Notes: generated by a model not told the origin, from the sequence alone. A stretch of DNA of 64,000 nt from an uncultured Clostridia bacterium (GCA_947601495.1 CANQGE010000001.1:31731-95730); one strand, 5' to 3'. Counted from the first letter of the stretch, positions 40,176 through 50,396 are shown. Made by a program: numbers and translations.

Positions 40176-41765
40176 TTAATAATAAACCATATAATCAATT
40201 TCTGGGAATATATCATCTTTGTTAAATATATCTAATAAATATTTTGGGTCTATTTTATCATTTTTTATTTGATAATATAGCTTCGTAAATCTTCCTATAT
40301 GGTCTTTAATTGCTTTATGTGCATATTCTACCATTGTTCCATTTGTAATTATAAATAGCCAGTCACTACTTTGTGCAAGTAAAAGTTCTCTTGCACATTG
40401 ATTTAATGCTTGTCTTCTTAATGTATCTCCTTCATTTGGGAACATGCTTGCAAGTTCACACATTCTATCTCCAGCTTTATGTAAGTGTCTATGTGCATAG
40501 TCATTTGTTTGATTTAGCCAAACTTCACTATAGCCATTTGCTCCCCAACTTGATCTACAAGGTGTAGAAACTTGCATTTCAGGATACATATCTATATATT
40601 CACTAGGTGTAATTAATTTAAAATTACATTCATCATAATAGATTTTTTTAAATAATATATAAAGCCAATATGGTCCCTCATACCACCAATGTCCATAAAG
40701 CTCTGCATCATATGGACAAGTAATAATTGGTGGAACGTCCATATAGCTTGCTAAATGGTCTATTTGAGCAGTTCTGCAATCCATAAAATGTCCTGCTTGC
40801 TTTTCAGCAGAATCTTTTGCCCATTGAATATCATAATAATCTTTATTATCTGTTTTTCCAGTAATTCTATAATATTTTATACCTGTGTTTACTCTTGCAC
40901 CATTACTTGCTATATATGGTTTTATATAGTCATAATCTGTATCATAGCCAATATCTCTATAGAATTCTCTATAGTTGAAATCGCCTGGATATCCAGAAAT
41001 TGAACTCCAAACCTGTCTTGATGATTCTAAATCTCTTGCAAATGCTACTAATCCACCATGAGAAACTATTGGTGCATAAGTTCCATAAATTGGAGTTGGA
41101 TCTGCATATAAAACTCCGTGTGTTTCAACTATTGCATATTCTATTCCAAATTCTTTAAGATACTTATCTGCTTCTGGAACATATCCACATTCTGGAAGCC
41201 AAATTCCTCTAGGATTTCTTCCAAAGAATTTTTTATATGTTTGAACACCAACTGCAATTTGTGCTCTAACAGTTTTTTCATTTACATATAAAATTGGAAA
41301 ATATCCATGAGTTGCTCCACAAGTGATAATTTCCAATACTCCAATGTCTTGAAAATGTTTAAATCCAGAAATTAAATTACAATCATAAACATCTTGAAAT
41401 ACATGTAAATCATTTGTGTATCTATCTAAATAGTAATGTGATAAGTTGTTTAATCTTTTATCGTAAACTGTTCTTTTAACTTCTTTTTCACATAATTCTA
41501 TATGTTTATTTAAATATTTAATATATCTTTCTTTTAAAAGTTTATTATCTAACATATTTAAAAGCGGTGGAGTCATTGTCATTGTGATTCTAAAATCTAC
41601 ATGTTCTTCTTCTAATTTTTTAAAATTTAGTAAAAGTGGTATATATGTTTCAGATATTGCTTCAAAAAGCCATTCTTCTTCTAAGTAGCCTTCACTTTCT
41701 GGATGATGAATATATGGCAAATGAGCATGTAAAACAAAATTGACATATCCTTTAATATTTTTCAT
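40176..41765 (-). CDS. GH57 family 1,4-alpha-glucan branching enzyme
   Basis: N-terminal YVNFVLHAHLPYIHHPE is the GH57 signature. A catalytic Glu/Asp region follows, and the 529-aa length matches GH57 branching enzymes. Confidence 0.8.
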   Translation of the reverse strand: MKNIKGYVNFVLHAHLPYIHHPESEGYLEEEWLFEAISETYIPLLLNFKKLEEEHVDFRITMTMTPPLLNMLDNKLLKERYIKYLNKHIELCEKEVKRTVYDKRLNNLSHYYLDRYTNDLHVFQDVYDCNLISGFKHFQDIGVLEIITCGATHGYFPILYVNEKTVRAQIAVGVQTYKKFFGRNPRGIWLPECGYVPEADKYLKEFGIEYAIVETHGVLYADPTPIYGTYAPIVSHGGLVAFARDLESSRQVWSSISGYPGDFNYREFYRDIGYDTDYDYIKPYIASNGARVNTGIKYYRITGKTDNKDYYDIQWAKDSAEKQAGHFMDCRTAQIDHLASYMDVPPIITCPYDAELYGHWWYEGPYWLYILFKKIYYDECNFKLITPSEYIDMYPEMQVSTPCRSSWGANGYSEVWLNQTNDYAHRHLHKAGDRMCELASMFPNEGDTLRRQALNQCARELLLAQSSDWLFIITNGTMVEYAHKAIKDHIGRFTKLYYQIKNDKIDPKYLLDIFNKDDIFPEIDYMVYY

Positions 41766-41800
41766 TGAATTTTTCCTTTCAGTTTAATGTTAAAATCTTT

Positions 41801-42829
41801 TTATTTAAAAGTTGAACTTGAAAGTTTTGAAGATGGATTTGCCATATCAAACATACCTTCAGAAAGTTCTTCATCATATTGTTTTTGATAGAAGTCATTT
41901 ACATCGAATTTCTTTCCTAAGATAGTTTTTGTTTTTCTTAAATCTTTAACAAATTCTCTATTTGTTTTTACATCTCTAAAAGTAACACGATTTGATAAAT
42001 ATTCTAGTAGTACATGATCATTTGGTGCTTCTAAAACATTTGAATTTGCAAAAGGCAAATAATCTGTTTGAAGATTTATGTGATTTTCTTTTACCTTTTC
42101 CACATTTATAGCTTGATTTCTATCTATAAATTTTCTTCCAAGTTGAATTGTGTATTTTGTTTTTGGGTCATCTATATCTATGTACCAACTATTAGCAAAA
42201 TCGTTTATAGGTACCTCTTTTACATACTTTTTATCTTCATTATATACTAATAAAACAGGATAAGTAATTTCAAAGAATTTTTCTCCAAATGCATTTAAAT
42301 ATCTATCTCTATCACTATCAGCGACGTCCCAATATACGAATAATTTTTTAGGAGTTTGAGCAAGAATTTTTACAATAGTTTCATTATATCTGTATGGTAA
42401 ATCGTAGTATTCTAATATGTAATCTTTTTTAATATTTTTCTTTTCAGTTTTTTCTTTTTTCGCAGAAGAAGCTGTTGTTTTTGCGTTTTCTTTTTCAGTA
42501 GCAATTGAATCTTCTTCAGCCTCTTGCATAGAAATTATTTTTGATAAAAACTGCTTTATTTTTTCAATTACAGCATTTTCATTAATGTTCTTTGCTTTTT
42601 CTAATTTTTCTTTCTTGCTTCTTTCCCTAATTTTTTGAACTAATTCGTTAGGATTAGAAAAAATATTTTTTTGTGAAAAATCCTCAATTTTTAAAATGTC
42701 ATCACTATTCTTTTCAAACTCTTCATTTTTTAGCATTTTACCCATTTTCCTCCTTAGTAATTCCCTGTAAAATATTAGTATAAGTCCAATAATAATTAAT
42801 ATTATATCTTTAATGTAAAAAAACTTCAA
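41801..42829 (-). CDS. DUF4912-like protein (commonly partnered with GH57/GT4 alpha-glucan genes), N-terminal TM
   Basis: N-terminal TM, then a K/E-rich linker. The C-terminal domain has YDLPYRYNETIVKILAQTPKKLFVYWDV, which recalls the DUF4912 signature as I remember it. Its position right after GH57 supports this. Confidence 0.45.
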   Translation of the reverse strand: MKFFYIKDIILIIIGLILIFYRELLRRKMGKMLKNEEFEKNSDDILKIEDFSQKNIFSNPNELVQKIRERSKKEKLEKAKNINENAVIEKIKQFLSKIISMQEAEEDSIATEKENAKTTASSAKKEKTEKKNIKKDYILEYYDLPYRYNETIVKILAQTPKKLFVYWDVADSDRDRYLNAFGEKFFEITYPVLLVYNEDKKYVKEVPINDFANSWYIDIDDPKTKYTIQLGRKFIDRNQAINVEKVKENHINLQTDYLPFANSNVLEAPNDHVLLEYLSNRVTFRDVKTNREFVKDLRKTKTILGKKFDVNDFYQKQYDEELSEGMFDMANPSSKLSSSTFK

Positions 42830-43090
42830 TAGAAAAAATAAAATAAATTTTTTTTAAATTTTTTGTAATATAATCTTATAATTGTAACTAAAATGTAATA
42901 GAAATACGCGATTTTTTTGTCAAAAAATGTTTACTTTTGTTTTGGTTTTATATAAAATATATGAAGAATTAAGAAAATAATTTTTGAATTTTTTTCTTAA
43001 ATAATCAAGATTTGAAATAATTTTTTTTAAATTCAAAACTACTTGACAAAATTAAAATAACAAAAGATATGAAAGGAGCACTTTTTTACA

Positions 43091-44377
43091 ATGAAAATTT
43101 TAATGCTATCATGGGAATATCCACCAAGAGTTGTTGGAGGTATATCAAGAGTGGTTTATGACTTATCACACAAATTATGTATGCAAGGTCATAAAGTTAC
43201 CGTTATTACTTATAAAGATGGTAATGTACCATATTTTGAAGATGATGATGGTGTTGATGTTTACAGAGTAGATAATTTTATGATTGCTCCTAATAATTTT
43301 ATAGATTGGGTTATGCAACTTAATTTCAATATGATAGCAAAAGCTGGAGAAATTATTGCACAACAAGGAAACTTTGATGTTATACATGCTCATGATTGGC
43401 TTACTGCTTATGCTGGAAAAACATTAAAATTTGCATATAATACTCCTCTTGTAGCTACTATACATGCTACTGAAGCTGGTAGAAATAGCGGTATTAGAGG
43501 TGATATGCAAAAATATATTAATGATACTGAATGGATGCTTACTTATGAATCTTCAGAAGTTATCGTTAATAGTAATTATATGAAAAACGAATTACAAAGA
43601 CTTTTTGGTCTTCCTTATGAGAAAATAAATGTAGTACCTAATGGTGTTGATCTTACTTTATTTAATGGAATTGATAGAGACTATGAATTTAGAAGAAGAT
43701 TTGCCATGGATAATGAAAAAATTATTCTATTCATGGGTAGATTAGTTTATGAAAAAGGTATTCAAACACTTATTTCTGCTATGCCTAAAATCTTAGACAA
43801 TTATCATGATGCAAAATTAGTTATCGCAGGAAAAGGCGGAATGATTAATGAATTAAGAAATCAAGTTAATTTCCTTGGATTAGGAAATAAAGTTTATTTC
43901 ACAGGACACTTAGCTTCTAAAGATGTTCAAAAAATGTACAAGTGTGCTGATGTTGCTGTATTCCCTAGTACATATGAACCTTTTGGAATTGTAGCTATTG
44001 AAGCTATGCTTTCTGGAACACCAGTAGTTACTTCTGATGTTGGTGGATTAAATGAAATTGTAGAACATGGAGTAAATGGAATGAAAAGTTATGCTGGAAA
44101 TCCAAACTCTCTTGCAGATTCTATTCTTGCATTATTATTTAATCCAGAATTATGCAACACAGTTTCAAAAAATGCAAAAGAAAAAGTTAAAGCTCAATAT
44201 AATTGGACTAAAATTACAGAAGAAACTCACTTCACTTATGAAACAGCTATTTGTGAAACTATTGCAGAAAGACAAAAGAAACAAATTGCTCAAGAAGAAG
44301 CTCGTAATCAAATTAAAAAATCTAAAGAAGTTACAAACCTACTTTCATTCAAGAAAACTCACGAGGCATTTGCATAA
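43091..44377 (+). CDS. GT4 family glycosyltransferase (glycogen/alpha-glucan synthase-like)
   Basis: MKILMLSWEYPPRVVGGISRVVYDL N-terminus and the GT-B C-terminal domain with E...E (FPSTYEPFGIVAIEAM). RBS AAAGGAG. The promoter TTGACA lies about 45 bp upstream. Confidence 0.8.
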   Translation: MKILMLSWEYPPRVVGGISRVVYDLSHKLCMQGHKVTVITYKDGNVPYFEDDDGVDVYRVDNFMIAPNNFIDWVMQLNFNMIAKAGEIIAQQGNFDVIHAHDWLTAYAGKTLKFAYNTPLVATIHATEAGRNSGIRGDMQKYINDTEWMLTYESSEVIVNSNYMKNELQRLFGLPYEKINVVPNGVDLTLFNGIDRDYEFRRRFAMDNEKIILFMGRLVYEKGIQTLISAMPKILDNYHDAKLVIAGKGGMINELRNQVNFLGLGNKVYFTGHLASKDVQKMYKCADVAVFPSTYEPFGIVAIEAMLSGTPVVTSDVGGLNEIVEHGVNGMKSYAGNPNSLADSILALLFNPELCNTVSKNAKEKVKAQYNWTKITEETHFTYETAICETIAERQKKQIAQEEARNQIKKSKEVTNLLSFKKTHEAFA

Positions 44378-44410
44378 GATTTTAATAAAATATGTTTATA
44401 ATAATATAAA

Positions 44411-44445
44411 AACTCTTAGGAATTATTTTCTTAAGAGTTTTTTTG
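44411..44445 (+). terminator. Rho-independent terminator of the GT4 gene
   Basis: aactcttagg aattattttc ttaagagtt hairpin, followed by TTTTTT. Confidence 0.6.
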
Positions 44446-44454
44446 ATAAGAAAA

Positions 44455-44523
44455 ATTGCTTAATATTATTAACATTGCTTAATAATATTATTAAATATTA
44501 ATCAATACTATTAATCAATACTA
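44455..44523. repeat. Short AT-rich tandem direct repeats
   Basis: attgcttaata(t)tattaa occurs twice, then (a)ttaatcaatacta occurs twice, back-to-back. Confidence 0.6.
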
Positions 44524-44525
44524 TT

Positions 44526-44679
44526 GTGAATGCTTAAAAAATATAATTTAATAGTAACTTGGTGTCGCAATCTTCTTTTTTATAAATAAACAAAAGGAAG
44601 ATTGCTCCAATCGCCCTCCGCTTATGCTTCGGTTGGTCGCTTACGCGTTACTATTTAATTATATTTTTTAAGCATTCAT
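44526..44679. repeat. Palindromic intergenic element E4: inverted near-identical copy of E1
   Basis: Arms gtgaatgcttaaaaaatataatttaatag and ctatttaattatattttttaagcattcat are complementary with one mismatch. The core gtaacttggtgtcgcaatcttc...gaagattgctccaatcgccctccgcttatgcttcggttggtcgcttacgcgttac matches the reverse complement of E1 21865-21964 with a handful of substitutions. Confidence 0.7.
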
Positions 44680-44714
44680 AATATTTTTTGCAATTAATTT
44701 TAAAAATTATTTTA

Positions 44715-44975
44715 TTACTTCTTTTTGAGGTAAAGAAAAAGAACTCTTATTTGAGTTCTCCGTAACATTTCTTCTAATATTTTCTCTGCTACTATCAAAG
44801 GTGTTTGTTTTGGATTTGGTATTGCGCTGATTTTCTCCAAGTATTCTATTTGTTTCTCCCTCGGAAGCTTTTGAGCTTTCTCTACCATATTGTCCAAATA
44901 TTCCATTCGTTCCTTTTCTGTTCTCTGAAAACTTGTTAGACAACTGAATATTGTTCCTGATGGGTAATATACCAT
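44715..44975 (-). CDS. Small hypothetical protein (86 aa), low confidence
   Basis: ATG preceded by an AAAGGGGAAG RBS. A second overlapping frame (44707..44943, TTG start, disordered N/S/K-rich product) competes with it. Coding status is uncertain. Confidence 0.3.
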   Translation of the reverse strand: MVYYPSGTIFSCLTSFQRTEKERMEYLDNMVEKAQKLPREKQIEYLEKISAIPNPKQTPLIVAEKILEEMLRRTQIRVLFLYLKKK

Positions 44976-45006
44976 TATTTTTCTTCCCCTTTAATCATTA
45001 ACATTA

Positions 45007-45672
45007 TTATCTAAGAAAATAATAAATTCCATATAAAATTAACATATGAGCTGGATAAAAACAGTAATAGAAATATTTTATTTTCTTTCCTAATTTTCCA
45101 TTATATAGCATCATTATAACTAGTGGTATTATATATCCAACTATATATATTGAATATATTTTTAAATTTGCTCCTATACTAAATAAGTATACTGAAATTA
45201 AAAGTATATATGGAATTGGGAAAAGTACTCTATGATCTTTAAAAATGTAAATTATTAAAACTAAGGTTATTCCAAACCAGCCATAGTCAACATTTAATAT
45301 TTCTCCTAATGCAATTATTAATATGCATAAAGGTATTGACAAATATTTTTTCTCTATTTTTGAATATGCTAAAATTGCTAATAATCCAAGTAGTAGCGTA
45401 AACATTATGTTTAGCATTTTCCACTCGCCTACAAGTGTTCTAAATAACATAAATGGTAATTGCGATATTAATCCAAAAATAAAAAGTCTTTTCATATAAG
45501 ATTTTAAATTACTTGTATGTACAAATCCTTCTGTAATTAAAAAAGCAAATAGTGGAAACGCTACTCTTCCTAAAATTATTGTTAGTAAATTTTGAGTTAC
45601 TGGCAAAGCATATTTTACATGGTCTAGTACCATTGTTATACAAGCTATAATTTTTATTACAAAAACACTCAT
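45007..45672 (-). CDS. TraX-family membrane protein
   Basis: N-terminal KIIACITMVLDHVKYAL matches the TraX family pattern. Polytopic, 221 aa. Confidence 0.65.
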   Translation of the reverse strand: MSVFVIKIIACITMVLDHVKYALPVTQNLLTIILGRVAFPLFAFLITEGFVHTSNLKSYMKRLFIFGLISQLPFMLFRTLVGEWKMLNIMFTLLLGLLAILAYSKIEKKYLSIPLCILIIALGEILNVDYGWFGITLVLIIYIFKDHRVLFPIPYILLISVYLFSIGANLKIYSIYIVGYIIPLVIMMLYNGKLGKKIKYFYYCFYPAHMLILYGIYYFLR

Positions 45673-45675
45673 AAT

Positions 45676-46116
45676 TTATCCTAATAATTCCTTTACAACT
45701 TCATTAATAGTTTTTCCATCTGCTCCAGCACCTATTCTTGCTTTAGATTCTTTCATAACCATTCCCATATCTTTTAAAGAAGTAGCTCCAACATCTTTTA
45801 TTACTTTTTCTACTTCTACTTTTATTTCTTCTTTTGAAAGCTGTTTTGGTAAATATTCTTGCAAAATAGAAATTTCTTCATTTGTTTGATTTATTAAATC
45901 TTCTCTTTTGGCTTTTTCAAAATCTACAAGTGCATCTTTCTTTCCTTTTACTTCTTTTGCAATTATTTCAATTATTTTTTCATCTTCAACTTTTATTCCT
46001 TTGTCTTTTTCAATTTGTAAAATTGCAGCTCTAACCATTTGTATAGTGTTTTTTCTTACTTCATTTTTTTCTTTCATAGATTGTTTTAAATCTTCCATTA
46101 ATTTATCTTTTAACAT
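45676..46116 (-). CDS. yqeY: GatB/YqeY domain protein
   Basis: 146 aa. LKDKLMEDLKQSMKEKNEVRKNTIQMVRAAI matches the YqeY family. Confidence 0.8.
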   Translation of the reverse strand: MLKDKLMEDLKQSMKEKNEVRKNTIQMVRAAILQIEKDKGIKVEDEKIIEIIAKEVKGKKDALVDFEKAKREDLINQTNEEISILQEYLPKQLSKEEIKVEVEKVIKDVGATSLKDMGMVMKESKARIGAGADGKTINEVVKELLG

Positions 46117-46172
46117 ATGTTCTCCCTCTCTTTCTTATATTACTTTACTACAAAATATTCTTTTTATCAATA

Positions 46173-46667
46173 TCAAAATGTTATTAAATCTAAATAACTT
46201 AAAACTGAAACTTCCACAATTCGTTCTAATAGCTCTTTATATTCTTTTATTCTAAAATTAACAAATCCTTCAATTACAATTTTTTTGTTTTCTAACAAAT
46301 AATCTTTTATAGAATTTCTTAAAAGATCACTTTTATATCCTATTTTTTCATCTGGTAATTCTAGAACTTTTTTTGTTATTTCAAAAATGTAATTTCTTTC
46401 AAGGCTACTTAAATAAAAATAATTTTTTTCAACACTTTTTCTAATAAAATCTTCTTCATAAAATTTTTCAATACACCTTTTAATAATTATTGCAACTATT
46501 TCATAAAATTCATTAATGTAATCTTTTTCTAAATAATGAATGAATAAATTATCATATGTTTTAAATCTATAATTAGACATGCAAATATTTATTGGTAAAA
46601 GTTCAAATTGCTTTATTAAAAAATCTATTTTTTCCTCACTAATAGTTTTTATACATATTGTTTTCAA
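46173..46667 (-). CDS. Hypothetical protein
   Basis: 164-aa ORF with host-like composition and no recognisable motif. Confidence 0.4.
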   Translation of the reverse strand: MKTICIKTISEEKIDFLIKQFELLPINICMSNYRFKTYDNLFIHYLEKDYINEFYEIVAIIIKRCIEKFYEEDFIRKSVEKNYFYLSSLERNYIFEITKKVLELPDEKIGYKSDLLRNSIKDYLLENKKIVIEGFVNFRIKEYKELLERIVEVSVLSYLDLITF

Positions 46668-46807
46668 TTAAATACCTCTTCTTAAATTAAAATTTATTAA
46701 TTTATATTATTCATATTTTTCCTTTAGTGTGTTTAGATTATTCAAAAAAAAGAACTAAAATTATTTTATAATTTTAGCTCTTTTTAAAACAATATGTTTC
46801 TTATATT

Positions 46808-47323
46808 TTAATTATCAGTTGCCTTACTATTAACATTTTGGAATGCAACATGCTCTACATTTTTATCTAATGCAACAAACATATATACATACCATTTGTC
46901 TGATAAAGACCCTGCCAAAGTTTCAAATTTATAAGTGTATCCAATTGTAGCTTCTGTTTTACCTGAATTGTACTCTAAAGTATCTATTGAATGAATATAA
47001 TCCTTAGATGTATCTTCATATAAAACAACAACAGCTAAGTTATTTTCTTTAAAGAAATCTTCTGTATAAGTTTCAGTTAAAGTTGATTTTTTAAAAGTTA
47101 CTTCATTTGTTATTGCATCATTTACTTGATTTTTCTTAATAAATTTTGTAAAAGAATCATAATCTGTTATAAGAGTATTTTCTGCATTTACACTTGACCT
47201 TGTAACATTATATTCTACTTTTTTTGGCTTTCTTATTACTGCAAAGTATATAACTCCAATAGCCACAACTACTATAAGAGCAATAATAATTATTGTTTTT
47301 TTACTTGTTCCATTATTTTCCAT
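46808..47323 (-). CDS. Hypothetical N-terminally membrane-anchored protein
   Basis: Single N-terminal TM (KKTIIIIALIVVVAIGVIYFAVI), then a roughly 130-aa extracytoplasmic domain. Confidence 0.4.
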   Translation of the reverse strand: MENNGTSKKTIIIIALIVVVAIGVIYFAVIRKPKKVEYNVTRSSVNAENTLITDYDSFTKFIKKNQVNDAITNEVTFKKSTLTETYTEDFFKENNLAVVVLYEDTSKDYIHSIDTLEYNSGKTEATIGYTYKFETLAGSLSDKWYVYMFVALDKNVEHVAFQNVNSKATDN

Positions 47324-47409
47324 TTTCTTTTCCCCTTTTAAATTACTATAACTATCATAACTTATAAAAAAGAAAAAAACAAGTTTTAGTTAAATTTTTT
47401 ACAAAAACG

Positions 47410-48288
47410 TTATAAACTATTATTTATTCCTTCTGAAACAATATTTGTTATGCTATCTATTAATGTATCTATTTCTTTTGGAGTTACTATAAAATTAAAA
47501 TTATTTAATTTCATTTTATCAATTAGTTCATTCTCATTAACTTCAAAATCACATACTTTTAAAGTGTCTAATACAATTGTTGCTGCATCTAAAACCGTTG
47601 GAACTCCAATGCTTATTACTGGTATTCCTAAAGTTTCCTCAGATAAATCTGTTCTTTTATTTCCAACTCCCCCTCCTGGTGCTATGCCAGTATCAGAAAT
47701 TTGTATAGATTTATTTATTCTATCTATATTTTTTGAACACAAACTATCTATTGCAATAATTAATTTTGGCTTGATATTATCTACTATTCCCTTTACTATT
47801 TCAACAGTTTCCATTCCAGTTGTTCCTAAAACTCCTGGCGTTATTGCACTAACGCTTCTTGTATTTTTATCTATAATTTCTGGTAAATACATTTTAATAT
47901 GCCTTGTTATTTCTATGTTTTGAACTACTTTTGCACCTAATGAATCTGGTGTTGCATATAAATTTCCTAAACCTACTATTAATATTTCATCATTTGAATT
48001 TACATGTTTTTTAATTATTTCTCTTAATTCATTTGAAAAAACATTTACAATTTTTTCTTCTTTTTCTGTAGTTATATTATTTATTTTTTTAACATCAATT
48101 GTTGTATAATTTCCTCTTTTTTTGTCCAGTGCTCTTTCTCCATCTTCATTTATTATTTTAACTCTCGTAACTACAATATCATCTATTTTTTCTTCTTCAC
48201 ATTCTATTCCCTCTACTTCGCTTTCTAATTTATTAGCAGTTCTATATAAGTCTCTTCTTTCAACAGCCATATCTGTTCTAAAAAACAT
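47410..48288 (-). CDS. gpr: Germination protease (GPR endopeptidase)
   Basis: N-terminal FRTDMAVE (compare Bacillus Gpr IRTDLAVE) and ILIVGLGNLYATPDSLG (compare VLVVGLGNWNVTPDALG). Confidence 0.8.
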   Translation of the reverse strand: MFFRTDMAVERRDLYRTANKLESEVEGIECEEEKIDDIVVTRVKIINEDGERALDKKRGNYTTIDVKKINNITTEKEEKIVNVFSNELREIIKKHVNSNDEILIVGLGNLYATPDSLGAKVVQNIEITRHIKMYLPEIIDKNTRSVSAITPGVLGTTGMETVEIVKGIVDNIKPKLIIAIDSLCSKNIDRINKSIQISDTGIAPGGGVGNKRTDLSEETLGIPVISIGVPTVLDAATIVLDTLKVCDFEVNENELIDKMKLNNFNFIVTPKEIDTLIDSITNIVSEGINNSL

Positions 48289-48372
48289 AATTTAAGTCTC
48301 CTCTCATTAAAACAAATTTACTATTTAATATTTTCCTACATTTTAATTTTTTTATGCAAAATAGAATTTTAA

Positions 48373-48416
48373 ATAAAACAAAAAAATCTTTTTGCTTTTT
48401 TTAGCAAAAAGATTTT
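48373..48416 (-). terminator. Bidirectional terminator downstream of yebC
   Basis: aaaaaaatctttttgc...gcaaaaagattttttt: a perfect hairpin flanked by A- and T-runs. Confidence 0.6.
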
Positions 48417-48438
48417 TTTAATATTTTATTATATTTAA

Positions 48439-49164
48439 TTATTCTTCCCAATTGTGGAAAACTTCTAATACATCATCTAAATCTTCAAGATTATCTATTA
48501 ATCTTTGCATTTTTTCTGCATGATTCTCATCTAATGATACATAAGTATTTGGAACCATTTGAACTCCAGCTTCTAAAAATGTTAAGTTATTTTTAGTTAA
48601 TTCTTCTGTTACAGCTGTAAAATCACTTGGTGCTGTTGTTATTTCATAAACTTCTTCTTCAGAAGAAAAATCTTCTGCACCAGCTTCAATAGCAAGCATC
48701 ATTAAATCATCTTCACTTAATTTACATTCTGATTTTTCTATAACTATAACGCCTTTTTTCTCAAACATATATGATACACAACCTGTTGTTCCTAAGTTTC
48801 CTCCAGCTTTATCAAAAACATGTCTTACATCTGCTGCAGTTCTATTTTTATTATTTGTTGATGCATTAACAATAACTGCAACACCGCTTGGTCCATATCC
48901 TTCATATGTTATTTCATCATAAGTTTCATTACTTCCTGCTCCAGAAGCCTTTTTTATAGCATTATTTATTGTATCATTTGGCATGTTGTTTGCTTTACAT
49001 TTTGCAATAACATCTTTTAATTTTGAATTTCCTGCTGGGTCAGGTCCACCTTGTTTTACAGCTATTAATAATTCTCTTCCTAATTTTGTAAATATTTTTC
49101 CTCTTGCAGCATCTGCTTTTCCTTTTTTGGCTTGTATGTTATGCCATTTGCTATGTCCTGACAT
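48439..49164 (-). CDS. yebC: YebC/PmpR-family transcriptional regulator
   Basis: [27 protein letters not shown] is the canonical YebC N-terminus. 241 aa. Confidence 0.9.
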   Translation of the reverse strand: MSGHSKWHNIQAKKGKADAARGKIFTKLGRELLIAVKQGGPDPAGNSKLKDVIAKCKANNMPNDTINNAIKKASGAGSNETYDEITYEGYGPSGVAVIVNASTNNKNRTAADVRHVFDKAGGNLGTTGCVSYMFEKKGVIVIEKSECKLSEDDLMMLAIEAGAEDFSSEEEVYEITTAPSDFTAVTEELTKNNLTFLEAGVQMVPNTYVSLDENHAEKMQRLIDNLEDLDDVLEVFHNWEE

Positions 49165-49323
49165 TAAATTTCTCCCCTTTCAAATTCATTTTTATTTAAG
49201 CTTTTCAATTATAGCACATTTCATCTATTTTGTCTATTTTTTTAATTTACTTATAGCATCTTTTTATCTATATTTTCAAATTGTTTATAACATTTTTTCA
49301 TCTATGCTCTTTAAAATTATAGT

Positions 49324-50382
49324 TTAAGGATATTTCTTTTTAATTTCTACTATTTTATCAAATTTATTTTCTAAAATATTAACAAATGCATCTGTAACTT
49401 CTGGGTCAAACTGTGTTCCTCTGCAATTAATAATTATTTTTTTAACCTCATCAATATCTAATTCATCTCTATATGAACGCCTAGATGTCATTGCATCAAA
49501 TGCATCTGCAACAGCTACCACTCTAGCTAAAAATGGAATATCTTTTCCTTTTAATCCTTGTGGATATCCTGTTCCATCATACTTTTCGTGATGATATGTA
49601 ACTATAGGTAAGATATCTTTAAAAATAGTAGCATTTGCTATTATTTGTCTACCAATAGATGGATGTTTTTTTATTTCATTATATTCTTGCTCTGTTAATT
49701 TAGATGGCTTTGTTAAAATAGAATCTGGAATTCCTATTTTTCCTATATCATGGAATAATCCACCTATTTTTAAAGTTGATATGTCTTTATTATAAAGATT
49801 TAGCTCTTCTCCAATTAATACAGAATAAGCAGATACTCTATCTGAATGGCCTCTTGTGTAACTATCTTTTGCCTCTACTGTATATCGTAGCAATTTTATT
49901 GTTTCTAAATATGCTTTTTCAAGTTTTTCATTTGCTGCTTTTAATTCTATATTCATGTTTTTAATCATTTGTAATTGGTCTATAGACTTAAAAGCAGATT
50001 CAATTAATAATAATAACTGATCAAACTTGTCATCTTTTTCACAATATGCTTGGATTGACAATTTTTTAATTGTTTCTAAAGGAGGAACAAGGTCTTTATG
50101 TCCAGTTAATAAAATTATGTATAATTCTGGATTAAATTTTCTGATTTCTTCAACAACTGTATCACCATGAATTGGTGACATCATGTAGTCTAGTAACATT
50201 AAATCAAAATGTTCATTTTTTACTTTTTCTATAGCTTCATAAGGATCTGTACATCCAACTAAAGTATAGCCAGAATGTTTTAAGAATACAGTTAATGAAT
50301 CTATAATTCCACTTTCATCATCTACAGCAATAATTTTATATTGATTGTTATTATTGTCCACTTTTTCAGACAAATGCCTCAT
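49324..50382 (-). CDS. Response regulator with HD-GYP c-di-GMP phosphodiesterase domain
   Basis: REC domain (KIIAVDDE...LMLLDYMMSPIHG...LTGHKD) plus HD-GYP (HSDRVSAY...FHDIGKIGIPDSIL...HHEKYDGTGYPQGLKG). Confidence 0.85.
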   Translation of the reverse strand: MRHLSEKVDNNNNQYKIIAVDDESGIIDSLTVFLKHSGYTLVGCTDPYEAIEKVKNEHFDLMLLDYMMSPIHGDTVVEEIRKFNPELYIILLTGHKDLVPPLETIKKLSIQAYCEKDDKFDQLLLLIESAFKSIDQLQMIKNMNIELKAANEKLEKAYLETIKLLRYTVEAKDSYTRGHSDRVSAYSVLIGEELNLYNKDISTLKIGGLFHDIGKIGIPDSILTKPSKLTEQEYNEIKKHPSIGRQIIANATIFKDILPIVTYHHEKYDGTGYPQGLKGKDIPFLARVVAVADAFDAMTSRRSYRDELDIDEVKKIIINCRGTQFDPEVTDAFVNILENKFDKIVEIKKKYP

Positions 50383-50396
50383 CGTTTGTTTCCCCC

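Noticed and set aside
42841-43090. Regulatory RNA in the 260-bp divergent region between the DUF4912-like gene and GT4
   Set aside because: The region is uniformly AT-rich with no conserved-looking stems. It is explained by two divergent promoters (TTGACA at about 43043 for GT4).
44707-44943. 78-aa N/S/K/E-rich minus-strand ORF as an independent gene
   Set aside because: It uses a TTG start with no RBS, its product is compositionally disordered, and it overlaps the better-supported 86-aa frame. Kept only as an alternative in the small-ORF feature.
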